Positions 16,751-26,251 of a stretch of 50,218 nt of DNA are shown here, one piece after another. The notes beneath the pieces are model-generated. The model had not been told where the DNA came from, did no database searches, and worked only from the letters and a program-made list of their open reading frames with translations. The stretch lies in assembly GCA_964383705.1 (NCBI GenBank), contig CAYLHJ010000006.1, positions 1 through 50,218 of the forward strand. Direction: 5' to 3'. The DNA comes from an uncultured Candidatus Saccharibacteria bacterium. GTDB taxonomy: Bacteria > Patescibacteriota > Minisyncoccia > Phycocordibacterales > Zambryskibacteraceae. The stretch's first letter is position 1, and every line of letters begins with the position of its first letter. Both the position numbers and the translations under genes were made by a program.

Positions 16751-17671
16751 TTACTCCGTGACGGGGATATCCTGCATGGCGGGGTGGGGGTTGTAGTCCG
16801 AGAGTTCAAAATGTTCAGTGCGAAACGCGAAGATGTCAGTAATTGTCGGATCATTGATCCGAACGGTGGGGAATCGGAGAGGTTCGCGTCCGACAAGTTC
16901 TTTCATGCGATCAAATTGGTTCTCGTATATCTGAGCATCGTGAAGCGAGTGGATATACATATACGGTTCGTATCCAGTGACCTGAGCAAGCATAAGTGTG
17001 AATGCCGCCCACTGCAAGATGTTAGAAGGCACTCCGATTGGGACATCAGCCGAACGCTGGTCCATTCGCAAGGTGAGCTTGCCTTCCAAAATCGTTACTT
17101 GAATATCTCCATGGCATGGAGCAACAACGACTTTGCGCCGAAGATCTTCATGCTGAAGAGTCCAGAACGGGATCCACGGGCTCACTTTGTGGGTAGAGAG
17201 AAATGGGTACTTCCGAATTTGTTTCACCAGATTTTCAATCTGGTTGAAGGTTCCACCATCAGGCATTGGGAATCGGGCAAAGCCGGGACCATAGGATGCA
17301 TCACCTAAGTCACCTGGCGGGAGACCAAAATTTGCGCACTTTTCTTCAGTTACCCAGCGTTTCCACCAGGAGGCCCACTCTTTCCCGCCAAACTCTTTGA
17401 GCTCGGCAATGGTTCGGGCCCCGTTGATAAAGGCGATGAGTTCAGCGATCGGCCGTCGCCAGAATCCGCTGATGTCACGGTCTGGAATAATGGGGAATCC
17501 GTTCTCAAACTTGAAAACCATATTTGGTGTTGTGAGGCAGGCATGCCTTGCGGTAGTCTGAAACATATTCTGTGTTCTGACTGAATTACCTTCTTTCATC
17601 ATGTAATTGAGCGTGTCTCGATACTGGGTATCTGGTACGCGCTCCGAGTACGGCTTGTAATTGGCGGGCAT
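16751..17671 (-). CDS. thyA: Thymidylate synthase (atypical ThyA)
   Basis: GFP, AEL..F, GDLG..YG, APCH, QRSAD...GVP.N, IYENQ, Y.PHP. Confidence 0.88.
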   Translation of the reverse strand: MPANYKPYSERVPDTQYRDTLNYMMKEGNSVRTQNMFQTTARHACLTTPNMVFKFENGFPIIPDRDISGFWRRPIAELIAFINGARTIAELKEFGGKEWASWWKRWVTEEKCANFGLPPGDLGDASYGPGFARFPMPDGGTFNQIENLVKQIRKYPFLSTHKVSPWIPFWTLQHEDLRRKVVVAPCHGDIQVTILEGKLTLRMDQRSADVPIGVPSNILQWAAFTLMLAQVTGYEPYMYIHSLHDAQIYENQFDRMKELVGREPLRFPTVRINDPTITDIFAFRTEHFELSDYNPHPAMQDIPVTE

Positions 17672-17782
17672 AGCACGTTCCTTGTTGGTGTAAAAGGACG
17701 TATTTCCGAGCTGATACTATCACAAGGATTGTTCTTCGCAATCTCATGCAAAATAAGTTTTCATTTGGTATTCTTTACAAAC

Positions 17783-19501
17783 ATGGTTAAGGACAATATC
17801 TATGAATCCATAGTGACTTCTCTCAAAGAGCTCAAATTGCCAGAGACTGATTTTGTTATTGAGCATCCGGCAGATATTTCTCATGGAGACTATTCTTCTA
17901 ACGTTGCTTTAATTTTATCAAAGAAGTTAAAAGAAAGTCCTGATATTATCGCTAAAAATATTGTTGAAAAATTAAGTGAGAAAAGAATTGACGGGGTTGA
18001 GTCAATCTCTATTGCTGGTCCTGGGTTTATCAACTTCTTTCTCTCAAAGAAATTTTTTGAGGACAGTCTCAGGAGTATTTTTTCTCAGAAAAATCTTGTA
18101 GGAAATAATAATTCTCTGGATAAGAAAAAAATTGTCTTAGAGTACACAGATCCAAATCCGTTTAAGGAGTTTCATATTGGGCATCTTATGTCTAATGCTA
18201 TAGGAGAATCAATATCTAGGGTTATTGAGGCTAATGGGGCTGAAGTCAGAAGGGCTTGTTATCAGGGTGATGTTGGCATGCATGTTGCTCAAGCCATAGC
18301 TTATAAACTGTATCAGAAAGAAGGAGATTACAAGCATTGGAAGGGGGGAATTAGGGAAATGGCAATTGCTTATGCAGAGAGTTCGAGATTATCTAAAGAG
18401 GATGAGTCTTATAAAGACAATGTTAAAGAAATAAATAAGAAAATATACGAGAAAACTGATGAGGCGGTAAATCAACTTTATAACGAAGGGCGAGATATTT
18501 CTTTAAAATATTTTGACGAGATGTACAAGATTTTGGGAACGAAATTTGATTTTTATTTTTTCGAGAGTACTACTGGAGAATTTGGCAAAGCCCTCGTCCA
18601 TGAAAATTTAAAAGTTTTTGAAAAAAGCGATGGTGCGATTGTATACAGAGGGGAAATCCGTGATCCATCACTCCATACTCGTGTATTTATAAACAATGAA
18701 GGGTTACCGACCTATGAGGCAAAAGAGCTCGGCCTTGCCAAGATTAAATATGATACTTATCCATACGACACTTCTATCGTTATTACAGGCAATGAAATAA
18801 ATGATTATTTTAAAGTACTTTTATCTGCTATGGGAGAAATCTTTCCTGAATTGGCAGATAAAACAAAACATATTTCACACGGTATGCTTCGTTTACCTAC
18901 TGGCAAAATGTCATCAAGAACAGGAGAAGTTATAACAGCTGAATCTCTTATTAATGAGGCGAAAGAAAAGGTTCGCGAAAAGATAGATGCAAGTGATCGA
19001 GGAATAGAAGATAAAGAGAAATTAGCCGAAGAGGTTGCTGTGGGTGCGATTAAATATTCTATCCTAAGACAGTCTCCCGGTAAGGATATTATTTTTGATT
19101 TTGAAACCTCACTTTCATTTGAAGGTGATTCTGGGCCGTATCTTCAATACACTCATGCGCGAGCCCACTCTCTTATTTCAAAATATGAAGATTTATTTAA
19201 TGAGAAAGTTTCTGGTATTGATTTTGATAGGATTGATGATTCAGCACTTCCTGTAATTAAAATTCTCAGTCAATTCTCTGAAGTGGTAGCAAGTGCTAAT
19301 GAAGAATTTGCTCCACATAAAATAAGCTCGTATCTTATTTCTCTTGCTTCAACTTTCAATACTTTTTATGGCAATAATCTAATCGTTGATGAGGAAAATA
19401 AAGAAGTTTCTAAAATTAGGATTTATGTTACGTTGGCGACGGCCAATATAATCAAAAAGGGCTTATATTTATTGGGTATTTCGGCTCCAGAAAGAATGTA
19501 G
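17783..19501 (+). CDS. argS: Arginine--tRNA ligase
   Basis: HGDYSSN, AGPGFINF, PNPFKEFHIGH, KMSSRTG, GDSGPYLQY, PERM end; start moved to ATG 17783. Confidence 0.96.
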   Translation: MVKDNIYESIVTSLKELKLPETDFVIEHPADISHGDYSSNVALILSKKLKESPDIIAKNIVEKLSEKRIDGVESISIAGPGFINFFLSKKFFEDSLRSIFSQKNLVGNNNSLDKKKIVLEYTDPNPFKEFHIGHLMSNAIGESISRVIEANGAEVRRACYQGDVGMHVAQAIAYKLYQKEGDYKHWKGGIREMAIAYAESSRLSKEDESYKDNVKEINKKIYEKTDEAVNQLYNEGRDISLKYFDEMYKILGTKFDFYFFESTTGEFGKALVHENLKVFEKSDGAIVYRGEIRDPSLHTRVFINNEGLPTYEAKELGLAKIKYDTYPYDTSIVITGNEINDYFKVLLSAMGEIFPELADKTKHISHGMLRLPTGKMSSRTGEVITAESLINEAKEKVREKIDASDRGIEDKEKLAEEVAVGAIKYSILRQSPGKDIIFDFETSLSFEGDSGPYLQYTHARAHSLISKYEDLFNEKVSGIDFDRIDDSALPVIKILSQFSEVVASANEEFAPHKISSYLISLASTFNTFYGNNLIVDEENKEVSKIRIYVTLATANIIKKGLYLLGISAPERM

Positions 19502-19529
19502 TTGACAAAACACCTGATTGGTGTACAAT
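19502..19529 (+). promoter_or_regulatory. Sigma70 promoter with palindromic spacer
   Basis: TTGACA-N16-TACAAT; ACACC-N5-GGTGT inverted repeat in the spacer. Confidence 0.65.
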
Positions 19530-19618
19530 AGTAGGTGCAGTAGTTTTTCTGTCGGGCGCTTCATCGCATTTTCGATGTCCCCGTTGTACATTCATAACCT
19601 TCAGCAAAGAGAGGACTC

Positions 19619-20107
19619 ATGCGGCGTTTCGCGACCCTGCTTTCGGTCGCCCTCGCGATGGTCGTGCTCAACAACCTGAGCCCGCCCGTCCTGAGTGCGA
19701 CCCCGTTGGTCGATTATTGCCAGATCTTCCAGGTGCAGAACCAGAACGACCTCGGCGGCAACGCCATCACCGACCAGCTCCTGGTCGGCCAGAACAGCGC
19801 CAGCGACTTCGTCGAGAACCAGATCAACTGGCCCAAGGCCGGGGAGGTGCTCGGCGTCTCGCCGGGCTCGAGTACTCTGGCGCAGGCCACGACCATCGCG
19901 GAGATCGCGAACTACATGGAGAAGCCCGACTCCGGCATGACCGAAGACGGCATCGAGGCCAGTCCGGTCTACGTGGACAAGACGACCGGAGGCGACCTCA
20001 GCGTCGACGATGACACCGGCAACAAGTACGCCGGCGCCCGCAGCTTGCGGGCGCCTCGGGACCGGCAGACGATCGCGTCCCAGGGCACGGAGCCCGACTC
20101 CGGTTGA
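19619..20107 (+). CDS. GC-rich secreted hypothetical protein
   Basis: Signal peptide MRRFATLLSVALAMVV, GAGGA SD, mostly G/C third codon positions, own promoter and terminator. Confidence 0.75.
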   Translation: MRRFATLLSVALAMVVLNNLSPPVLSATPLVDYCQIFQVQNQNDLGGNAITDQLLVGQNSASDFVENQINWPKAGEVLGVSPGSSTLAQATTIAEIANYMEKPDSGMTEDGIEASPVYVDKTTGGDLSVDDDTGNKYAGARSLRAPRDRQTIASQGTEPDSG

Positions 20108-20143
20108 CGAACCTTCCGGACATGTCCGGAACAAGCTGAACGG

Positions 20144-20179
20144 AAGCCCCACCAAGCAATTGGTGGGGCTTTTTCTTTT
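20144..20179 (+). terminator. Intrinsic terminator
   Basis: AAGCCCCACCAA-GCAA-TTGGTGGGGCTT plus T-run. Confidence 0.85.
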
Positions 20180-20214
20180 CCAAAACATTTTAAAAGTGAT
20201 AGGATTTCTTTATT

Positions 20215-23200
20215 ATGGCTCAGAATAAAGAACCTCTGGCAAATAAAAGTTCTATTGCCGAAACAGAAGAGCGCATCCTTAAATTTTGGACGGAAAATAA
20301 GGTCTTTGAAAAAACTCTTGAAAAAGATGCCCCAAAAGGAGACTTTATTTTTTATGAAGGTCCGCCAACCGCCAACGGCAGGCCTGGCATTCATCATCTT
20401 GAAGCAAGAGCTTTTAAGGATGTTATCCCGCGCTATAAAACAATGCGAGGGTTTCGTGTTCTACGTAAAGCTGGCTGGGATACTCATGGGCTTCCTGTTG
20501 AGCTTGAAGTTGAAAAACGTTTGGGTCTTAAATCAAAAGGGGAGATAGAGGAGTATGGTATTGAGAAATTTAATGAAGAATGCAAAAAAAGTGTTTGGAC
20601 ATATGTAGACGAATGGAAAGATTTTACTCGTCGCATCGGATACTGGATTGATTTAGATCGTCCATACGTCACTTATGAAGCAAATTATATCGAATCAATT
20701 TGGAATATTGTAAGCGAGATTAGTAAAAGAAATCTCATATACAAAGATTATAAAGTAGTGCCGTGGTGTCCAAGATGTGGCACTGCGCTATCAAGTCACG
20801 AGCTTGCTCAAGGATATCAGGAAGTCAAAGACCTCTCTCTTTACGTGCAATTTAAAGCAGTGGATGCTGATGAATATTTTCTTGCTTGGACTACTACACC
20901 GTGGACTCTTCCTGGTAATGTTGCTCTAGCAGTTGGAGAAGATGTTTCATATGTAAAAGTTGAATTTGAAGGCAAAAAGATTTGGCTTGCCAAGTTGCGA
21001 CAACAATTTGTTATTCCTGATGGGAAAATTATCGAGGAAGTAAATGGGAGAGATCTTGTAGGTCGTAAGTATGAGGCACTTTTTCCATATCTTGGAAATA
21101 ATATAAGTGAAAAAGAAAGAGATAAAATCTCTAAAGCTTTTACTATTTATGGAGCTAATTTTGTCACTACGGAAGATGGGACGGGTATAGTCCACACAGC
21201 TGTTATGTATGGCCAAGATGACTTTGAGTTAGGAACAAAAATTGGTCTACCTAAGTGGCATTTGGTCGGTTTGGATGGAAAGTTTTTGTCCGGAATGGAT
21301 TCCTTAACAGGAAAATTTGTTAAGGATGAAGAAGTTGAAATTTCAATTCTCAAAGATTTACACAGTCGCGGTTTATTATTTAAAAAAGAAAAATATGCTC
21401 ACACATACCCTTTCTGCTGGCGATGCGGAACTCCTTTAATTTACTATGCTCGTGATTCTTGGTATATAAAGATGTCTTCCCTTCGCGACGAACTACTTTC
21501 TCAAAATCAAGAGATAAATTGGGAGCCTTCTCATATAAAAGATGGGAGATTTGGAGAATGGCTCCGTGATGTTAAAGATTGGGCTATTTCTAGAGAGCGA
21601 TATTGGGGGACACCTCTTCCTATTTGGGTTTCTGAAGACGGTAGTGAGACAGAGTTTATCGGCTCAGTTGGCGAACTTAAGAAAAAAATTGGGGTAAAAA
21701 ATTCTTTTACCATCATGCGCCACGGCCTTTCAGATCACAATGTTGCTAATTTACTCAGTTCTTTACCAGATAATCCTCATCATGTTACGGAAGATGGGAA
21801 AATAGAAATAAAAAAAGTCGCAGAAAGTTTGAAATCAAAAAAAATTGATATTATCTTTGCTTCGGATTTCGTGCGTACCAAAGAAACTGCCGAAATTGTC
21901 GCTGAGGCTCTTGGATTTTCTTCTGAAAAAATTATTTTTGATAAAAGATTGCGAGAAGTCAATTTTGGTGATCTTAACAATCATCCAAGGGGAGATACGT
22001 GGAAAATTTTTTCTGATGCTAAAGAGCGTTTTGTAAAGTCGTATCCAAACGGAGAGAGTTTTAGTGATGTGAAGAGGAGGTTGGGGGAGTTTATATATGA
22101 AATAGACAATAAATTTGAGGGTAAAAATATACTCATTGTCGGGCATGAAGTTCCTCTCTGGCTTCTCTCGGCCGTTGCCAATTCTTGGACAATCGAAGAA
22201 TCAATCAAGAATCGCCCCGATGACAAGGAATTTATGGCAAATGCCGAAGTTCGTGATTTAGTTTTTATTTCTTTACCACACAATGAATCATTCGAACTAG
22301 ATCTTCATAGACCTCATATTGACTCAATAACTTTTCAGTCTAGATCAGGGAAGTCAATGAAAAGAATTCCTGAAGTTATGGATGTTTGGTTTGACTCAGG
22401 CGCGATGCCCTTTGCACAGCATCATTATCCATTTGAAAACAAAGAATGGATTGATACAAAAGGATACCCAGCAGATTTTATATCCGAAGCAGTTGATCAA
22501 ACTCGTGGTTGGTTTTATACACTTCACGCAATCGGTGTTTTACTAAATAAAGGTAGGGCGTTTAAAAATGTTATTTGTCTCGGTCATATCCTCGACAAAG
22601 ACGGTCAAAAAATGTCCAAGTCAAAAGGCAATACGGTAAATCCTTGGGAAATGATTGATAAATACGGAGTAGATGTTTTGCGTTATTGGATGTATACAGT
22701 TAACCAGCCCGGAGAATCAAAAAACTTTGATGAGAGAACGGTTGATGATGTAGTAAAGAAAGTTTTCAATTTATTTTTGAATGTTGTTAGATTTTATGAA
22801 ATGTATGCGGATAGTGATATTGCAAACTCTAGACCAGAGAGCCCACATGTTTTGGATAAGTGGATACTTTCATATCTGGATTCATTAACTGATCAAGTTA
22901 CATTATCTCTTGATGATTATAAAATTCTTGAAGCGGCCCGAGCCATCCGAGAATTTATAGGAGATTTTTCTCAATGGTATGTAAGGCGCTCACGAGAAAG
23001 GCTCAAGTATGATGTTATTGATGATGATAAAAAGTATGCCACCCAAACTCTAAGATTTGTCATCCAAGAACTTTCAAAACTTTTAGCGCCATTTTCTCCA
23101 TTTATTGCAGAAGATGTTTATCAAACAGTAACAAAAGGTCAGATTAAGGTTAGTGTTCATGCAGAAGATTGGCCGGATCCCCAAACGGATAAAGGGCAAA

Positions 23201-23673
23201 GGGAAGGAGAATTAAGGCAGATGGATGAAGTTAGGAAAATTGTCAGTCTCGGTCTAGAAGCAAGGGCAAAAGCTGGTATAAAGATTCGTCAACCGCTTCG
23301 TTCTCTTACAATAAAAAACGACCTTTTGAGAGGAAAAAAACAAATTCTTGAGTTAATTTCTGATGAAGTAAATGTAAAGGCAATATATTTTGATGTAAAT
23401 TGCGCAGATTTAGTTCTATTGGATATCAATATCGACGATGAGCTTCATAAGGAAGGGGAAATGAGAGAGCTTATTCGCGCAATACAAGATATGCGAAAAC
23501 AAAAAGGCCTTTCTCCTTCAGATCGTATTTCTCTAACTATAAAGCTTAATGAGTGGGGCAGATTAAATATCGAAGAATTTAGAAAAGAAATAGAAGAGAC
23601 ATGTGGCATTGAACATTTAACTTTAGACTCTGAATTATTGAAAGGAGAAAGTTGGTTTGAAATTATTTATTAA
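20215..23673 (+). CDS. ileS: Isoleucine--tRNA ligase (type 2) with inserted histidine-phosphatase domain
   Basis: EGPPTANG.PG.HH, GWDTHGLPVE, WTTTPWTLP, DWAISRERYWGTP, DQTRGWFY, KMSKS; RHG domain at about 21700-22270. Confidence 0.95.
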   Translation: MAQNKEPLANKSSIAETEERILKFWTENKVFEKTLEKDAPKGDFIFYEGPPTANGRPGIHHLEARAFKDVIPRYKTMRGFRVLRKAGWDTHGLPVELEVEKRLGLKSKGEIEEYGIEKFNEECKKSVWTYVDEWKDFTRRIGYWIDLDRPYVTYEANYIESIWNIVSEISKRNLIYKDYKVVPWCPRCGTALSSHELAQGYQEVKDLSLYVQFKAVDADEYFLAWTTTPWTLPGNVALAVGEDVSYVKVEFEGKKIWLAKLRQQFVIPDGKIIEEVNGRDLVGRKYEALFPYLGNNISEKERDKISKAFTIYGANFVTTEDGTGIVHTAVMYGQDDFELGTKIGLPKWHLVGLDGKFLSGMDSLTGKFVKDEEVEISILKDLHSRGLLFKKEKYAHTYPFCWRCGTPLIYYARDSWYIKMSSLRDELLSQNQEINWEPSHIKDGRFGEWLRDVKDWAISRERYWGTPLPIWVSEDGSETEFIGSVGELKKKIGVKNSFTIMRHGLSDHNVANLLSSLPDNPHHVTEDGKIEIKKVAESLKSKKIDIIFASDFVRTKETAEIVAEALGFSSEKIIFDKRLREVNFGDLNNHPRGDTWKIFSDAKERFVKSYPNGESFSDVKRRLGEFIYEIDNKFEGKNILIVGHEVPLWLLSAVANSWTIEESIKNRPDDKEFMANAEVRDLVFISLPHNESFELDLHRPHIDSITFQSRSGKSMKRIPEVMDVWFDSGAMPFAQHHYPFENKEWIDTKGYPADFISEAVDQTRGWFYTLHAIGVLLNKGRAFKNVICLGHILDKDGQKMSKSKGNTVNPWEMIDKYGVDVLRYWMYTVNQPGESKNFDERTVDDVVKKVFNLFLNVVRFYEMYADSDIANSRPESPHVLDKWILSYLDSLTDQVTLSLDDYKILEAARAIREFIGDFSQWYVRRSRERLKYDVIDDDKKYATQTLRFVIQELSKLLAPFSPFIAEDVYQTVTKGQIKVSVHAEDWPDPQTDKGQREGELRQMDEVRKIVSLGLEARAKAGIKIRQPLRSLTIKNDLLRGKKQILELISDEVNVKAIYFDVNCADLVLLDINIDDELHKEGEMRELIRAIQDMRKQKGLSPSDRISLTIKLNEWGRLNIEEFRKEIEETCGIEHLTLDSELLKGESWFEIIY

Positions 23674-23674
23674 T

Positions 23675-24268
23675 ATGGCTCACCATATTTACACTACAGA
23701 TGGCCTCGTTCTTAAAAGCGTCCCTTCTGGAGAGGCTGATAAATTCTTTTTTATTGTTACTAGAGATTTAGGTCTTATTGTCGCGACAGCTAAAAGTGTA
23801 AGAAAGGTGGGTTCGAAATTATCAAACGGTTTGGAAGATTTTTCTCGATCTTTATTCTCATTTGTTCGTGGGAGACATGCGTGGAAAGTCACTAGTGTAA
23901 AACCGTATTTCAACTCCTATAGAAAAATCCAAGGAGACAAACAAAAACAACTTCTCTGGGTGCGAATTCTTTCACTTGTTAGGCGTCTTGTTAAGGGGGA
24001 AGAAAAGCATGAGGAAATATTTTTGTTGCTTGAAAATCTTTTTTTCCACTTATCTTTAAGGAGATATTCAGACGCAGAGCTTCTTGCTATAGAATCTATT
24101 ACGATTCTAGAACTCCTCTCTCTTCTTGGCTATATGAATATTCGTGAGGAGTACCGCTCTTTTTTGCCATTACAGTCATTTTCTGATGAAAATACTAACA
24201 AAGCTAACAAATTGCAAAAAATTATCCTTCTTGATATAAACCACGCGCTGGGAGCTTCACAGCTCTGA
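23675..24268 (+). CDS. recO: DNA repair protein RecO
   Basis: N-terminal OB fold G.VLK....GEADK......T.DLG...A.AKSVRK..SKL. Confidence 0.8.
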   Translation: MAHHIYTTDGLVLKSVPSGEADKFFFIVTRDLGLIVATAKSVRKVGSKLSNGLEDFSRSLFSFVRGRHAWKVTSVKPYFNSYRKIQGDKQKQLLWVRILSLVRRLVKGEEKHEEIFLLLENLFFHLSLRRYSDAELLAIESITILELLSLLGYMNIREEYRSFLPLQSFSDENTNKANKLQKIILLDINHALGASQL

Positions 24269-24299
24269 TTCTTAATCAAAATACGGTATAATTTTTCCT

Positions 24300-26234
24300 A
24301 TGATTAATAAAGACTTAGACCGCATTGGTGAGATGGAAAGAGGTCTCTATTCAAGAAAAGAACACCCAGAATATAAAGATGATAGGTCAAAAATGACTAG
24401 CAATGAATTAAACGTACCTCCAGAATGGTCCCACGAAAAGGATGACATTGCGGTTTTGTTAGAGAAGGATCGAACTGAGAAAGAGCGAGCTCAAAATTCT
24501 TTTTTCAAGAAGATACTCCTTGGTTCAATTGTTTTTTTTATTCTTGCTCTAGGGGTTGCATCATATCTTTTTTTTGGTGGCTCTAACTTTGTTTCTGGTG
24601 ACAATATAGATATTTTGGTTATGGGGCCAACCTCAATTGGTGGCGGAGAGGAGCTTTCACTTGAGATTGTTGTTCAAAATAATAATAGAGCCGACCTTGA
24701 AGGGGTAAATTTGTTACTTGAATATCCGCCGGGGACAAGAACAAAGGATGATTTTGATACAGAACTTACTAGACACAGCGAGTCTTTTGGTGATATTTCT
24801 TCAAACAGCGAAGTTAAAAAGACTGTAAAGTCAGTCTTGTTTGGTGAAAAAGACAGCATAAAGACAATAAAAATGACTTTGGAGTATAGGATAAAGGGTT
24901 CAAGCGCAGTCTTTTTTAAGGATAAGAATTACGAGATATCTATCAAGTCTTCTCCGATTTTGGTGACTGTAGAGAATCCAAGTGAAGTGAACTCAAATGA
25001 ACCGGTTGAATTTGTCGTTAAGATTGTATCAAATAGTGCTGATACGATTAGGAATCTTCTACTTCGCGTCGAATATCCGTTTGGTTTTGCATTTCAAAGC
25101 GCGAATCCAAAACCGACGTCCGATAATTCACTTTGGGAGTTAAAAGATCTTCCAAGTGGTGGAAATATTACTTTGCGCATAAAAGGCATTCTTCAAGGCC
25201 AAAGTCAGGAAGAGAGAACATTTCACTTTTTCACAGGTTTAGCTAGTGAAAAAAATGAACGTGAGCTTGGCGCCATTTTCTCTCTAATCTCACCTACAGT
25301 AAGTATTCAAAAACCATTCCTAACTTTAGATGTTGCTCTTGCTGGCAATAGCGCTTCACAATATATAGCAAAACCGGGAGAAAAAATTCAAACAAATATT
25401 GTCTGGACAAACAACCTGTCGAATCAACTTTTAGACGCTAAAGTGGAAGTTGAATTTTCTGGGAATGCTCTTGATAAGACCTCCGTTCGAGCATCTGGTG
25501 GCGGGTTTTACCGTTCGATAGATAACACCATTGAATGGGACAGGAAAACAACTCCGGAACTTAACACCTTAAATCCAGGTGATGATAGCCTGGTTAATTT
25601 CAGTTTTTCACCACTAGGTTCTTTTGCCGGCGGAGTTTCAAATCAGGAAATTAATATGAAAATTACAGTATCTGGTAGACAGGTTGCTGATAATGGTAAA
25701 TCAGAAAACATATCTGTAAGCAAGGATTTGTCAGTAAAGATTGGATCAACAGTAAATGTTGCAGCTCGATTGGTTCGCTCACTGGGTTCTTTTGAGAATA
25801 GTGGTCCTATTCCCCCTAGAGCCGATAGCGAAACCACTTACACGGTTATATGGAGTCTTACTAACTCTTTAAATTCTATAACTAATGCAAAAGTTGTCGC
25901 TAAATTACCGCCAAATGTAAAGTGGACTAATTTGAGTTCTCCTCAAGGCGAAAACTTTGATTTTGATGAGCAGACCAATGAAGTGATTTGGTTGGTCGGT
26001 GACTTACGCTCGGGAGCTGGATTTACCAATCCTCTTCGCCAGATGGTATTTCAGATCTCTTTTTTACCTAGCTTGAGTCAGGTTGGCACTTCGCCGGTTG
26101 TCCTCGAGGAAAGCATGTTGATTGGAAAAGATTCATTTACTGGGCAAGATCTTGAGGTGGTGATACCTGCACTAACTACTAAATTTATTACTGATCCTGA
26201 TTTTGATAATGGTGATGATGTTGTTATTAAATAA
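24300..26234 (+). CDS. Single-TM protein with tandem Ig-like beta-sandwich domains (DUF11-like)
   Basis: TM near residues 70-90; repeated V.YP.GF/W.L..L..G units; N.GP.PP....TTYTV.W. Confidence 0.7.
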   Translation: MINKDLDRIGEMERGLYSRKEHPEYKDDRSKMTSNELNVPPEWSHEKDDIAVLLEKDRTEKERAQNSFFKKILLGSIVFFILALGVASYLFFGGSNFVSGDNIDILVMGPTSIGGGEELSLEIVVQNNNRADLEGVNLLLEYPPGTRTKDDFDTELTRHSESFGDISSNSEVKKTVKSVLFGEKDSIKTIKMTLEYRIKGSSAVFFKDKNYEISIKSSPILVTVENPSEVNSNEPVEFVVKIVSNSADTIRNLLLRVEYPFGFAFQSANPKPTSDNSLWELKDLPSGGNITLRIKGILQGQSQEERTFHFFTGLASEKNERELGAIFSLISPTVSIQKPFLTLDVALAGNSASQYIAKPGEKIQTNIVWTNNLSNQLLDAKVEVEFSGNALDKTSVRASGGGFYRSIDNTIEWDRKTTPELNTLNPGDDSLVNFSFSPLGSFAGGVSNQEINMKITVSGRQVADNGKSENISVSKDLSVKIGSTVNVAARLVRSLGSFENSGPIPPRADSETTYTVIWSLTNSLNSITNAKVVAKLPPNVKWTNLSSPQGENFDFDEQTNEVIWLVGDLRSGAGFTNPLRQMVFQISFLPSLSQVGTSPVVLEESMLIGKDSFTGQDLEVVIPALTTKFITDPDFDNGDDVVIK

Positions 26235-26251
26235 TTTGTTAAAGCAATACT

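Noticed and set aside
16044-17308. Long + strand ORFs 16044-16577 and 16784-17308
   Set aside because: Antisense shadows of folA-HIT and thyA; no motifs
19601-20397. Multiple overlapping ORFs in the GC-rich island
   Set aside because: Stop-poor GC-rich DNA; only 19619-20107 has SD, signal peptide and GC3 bias
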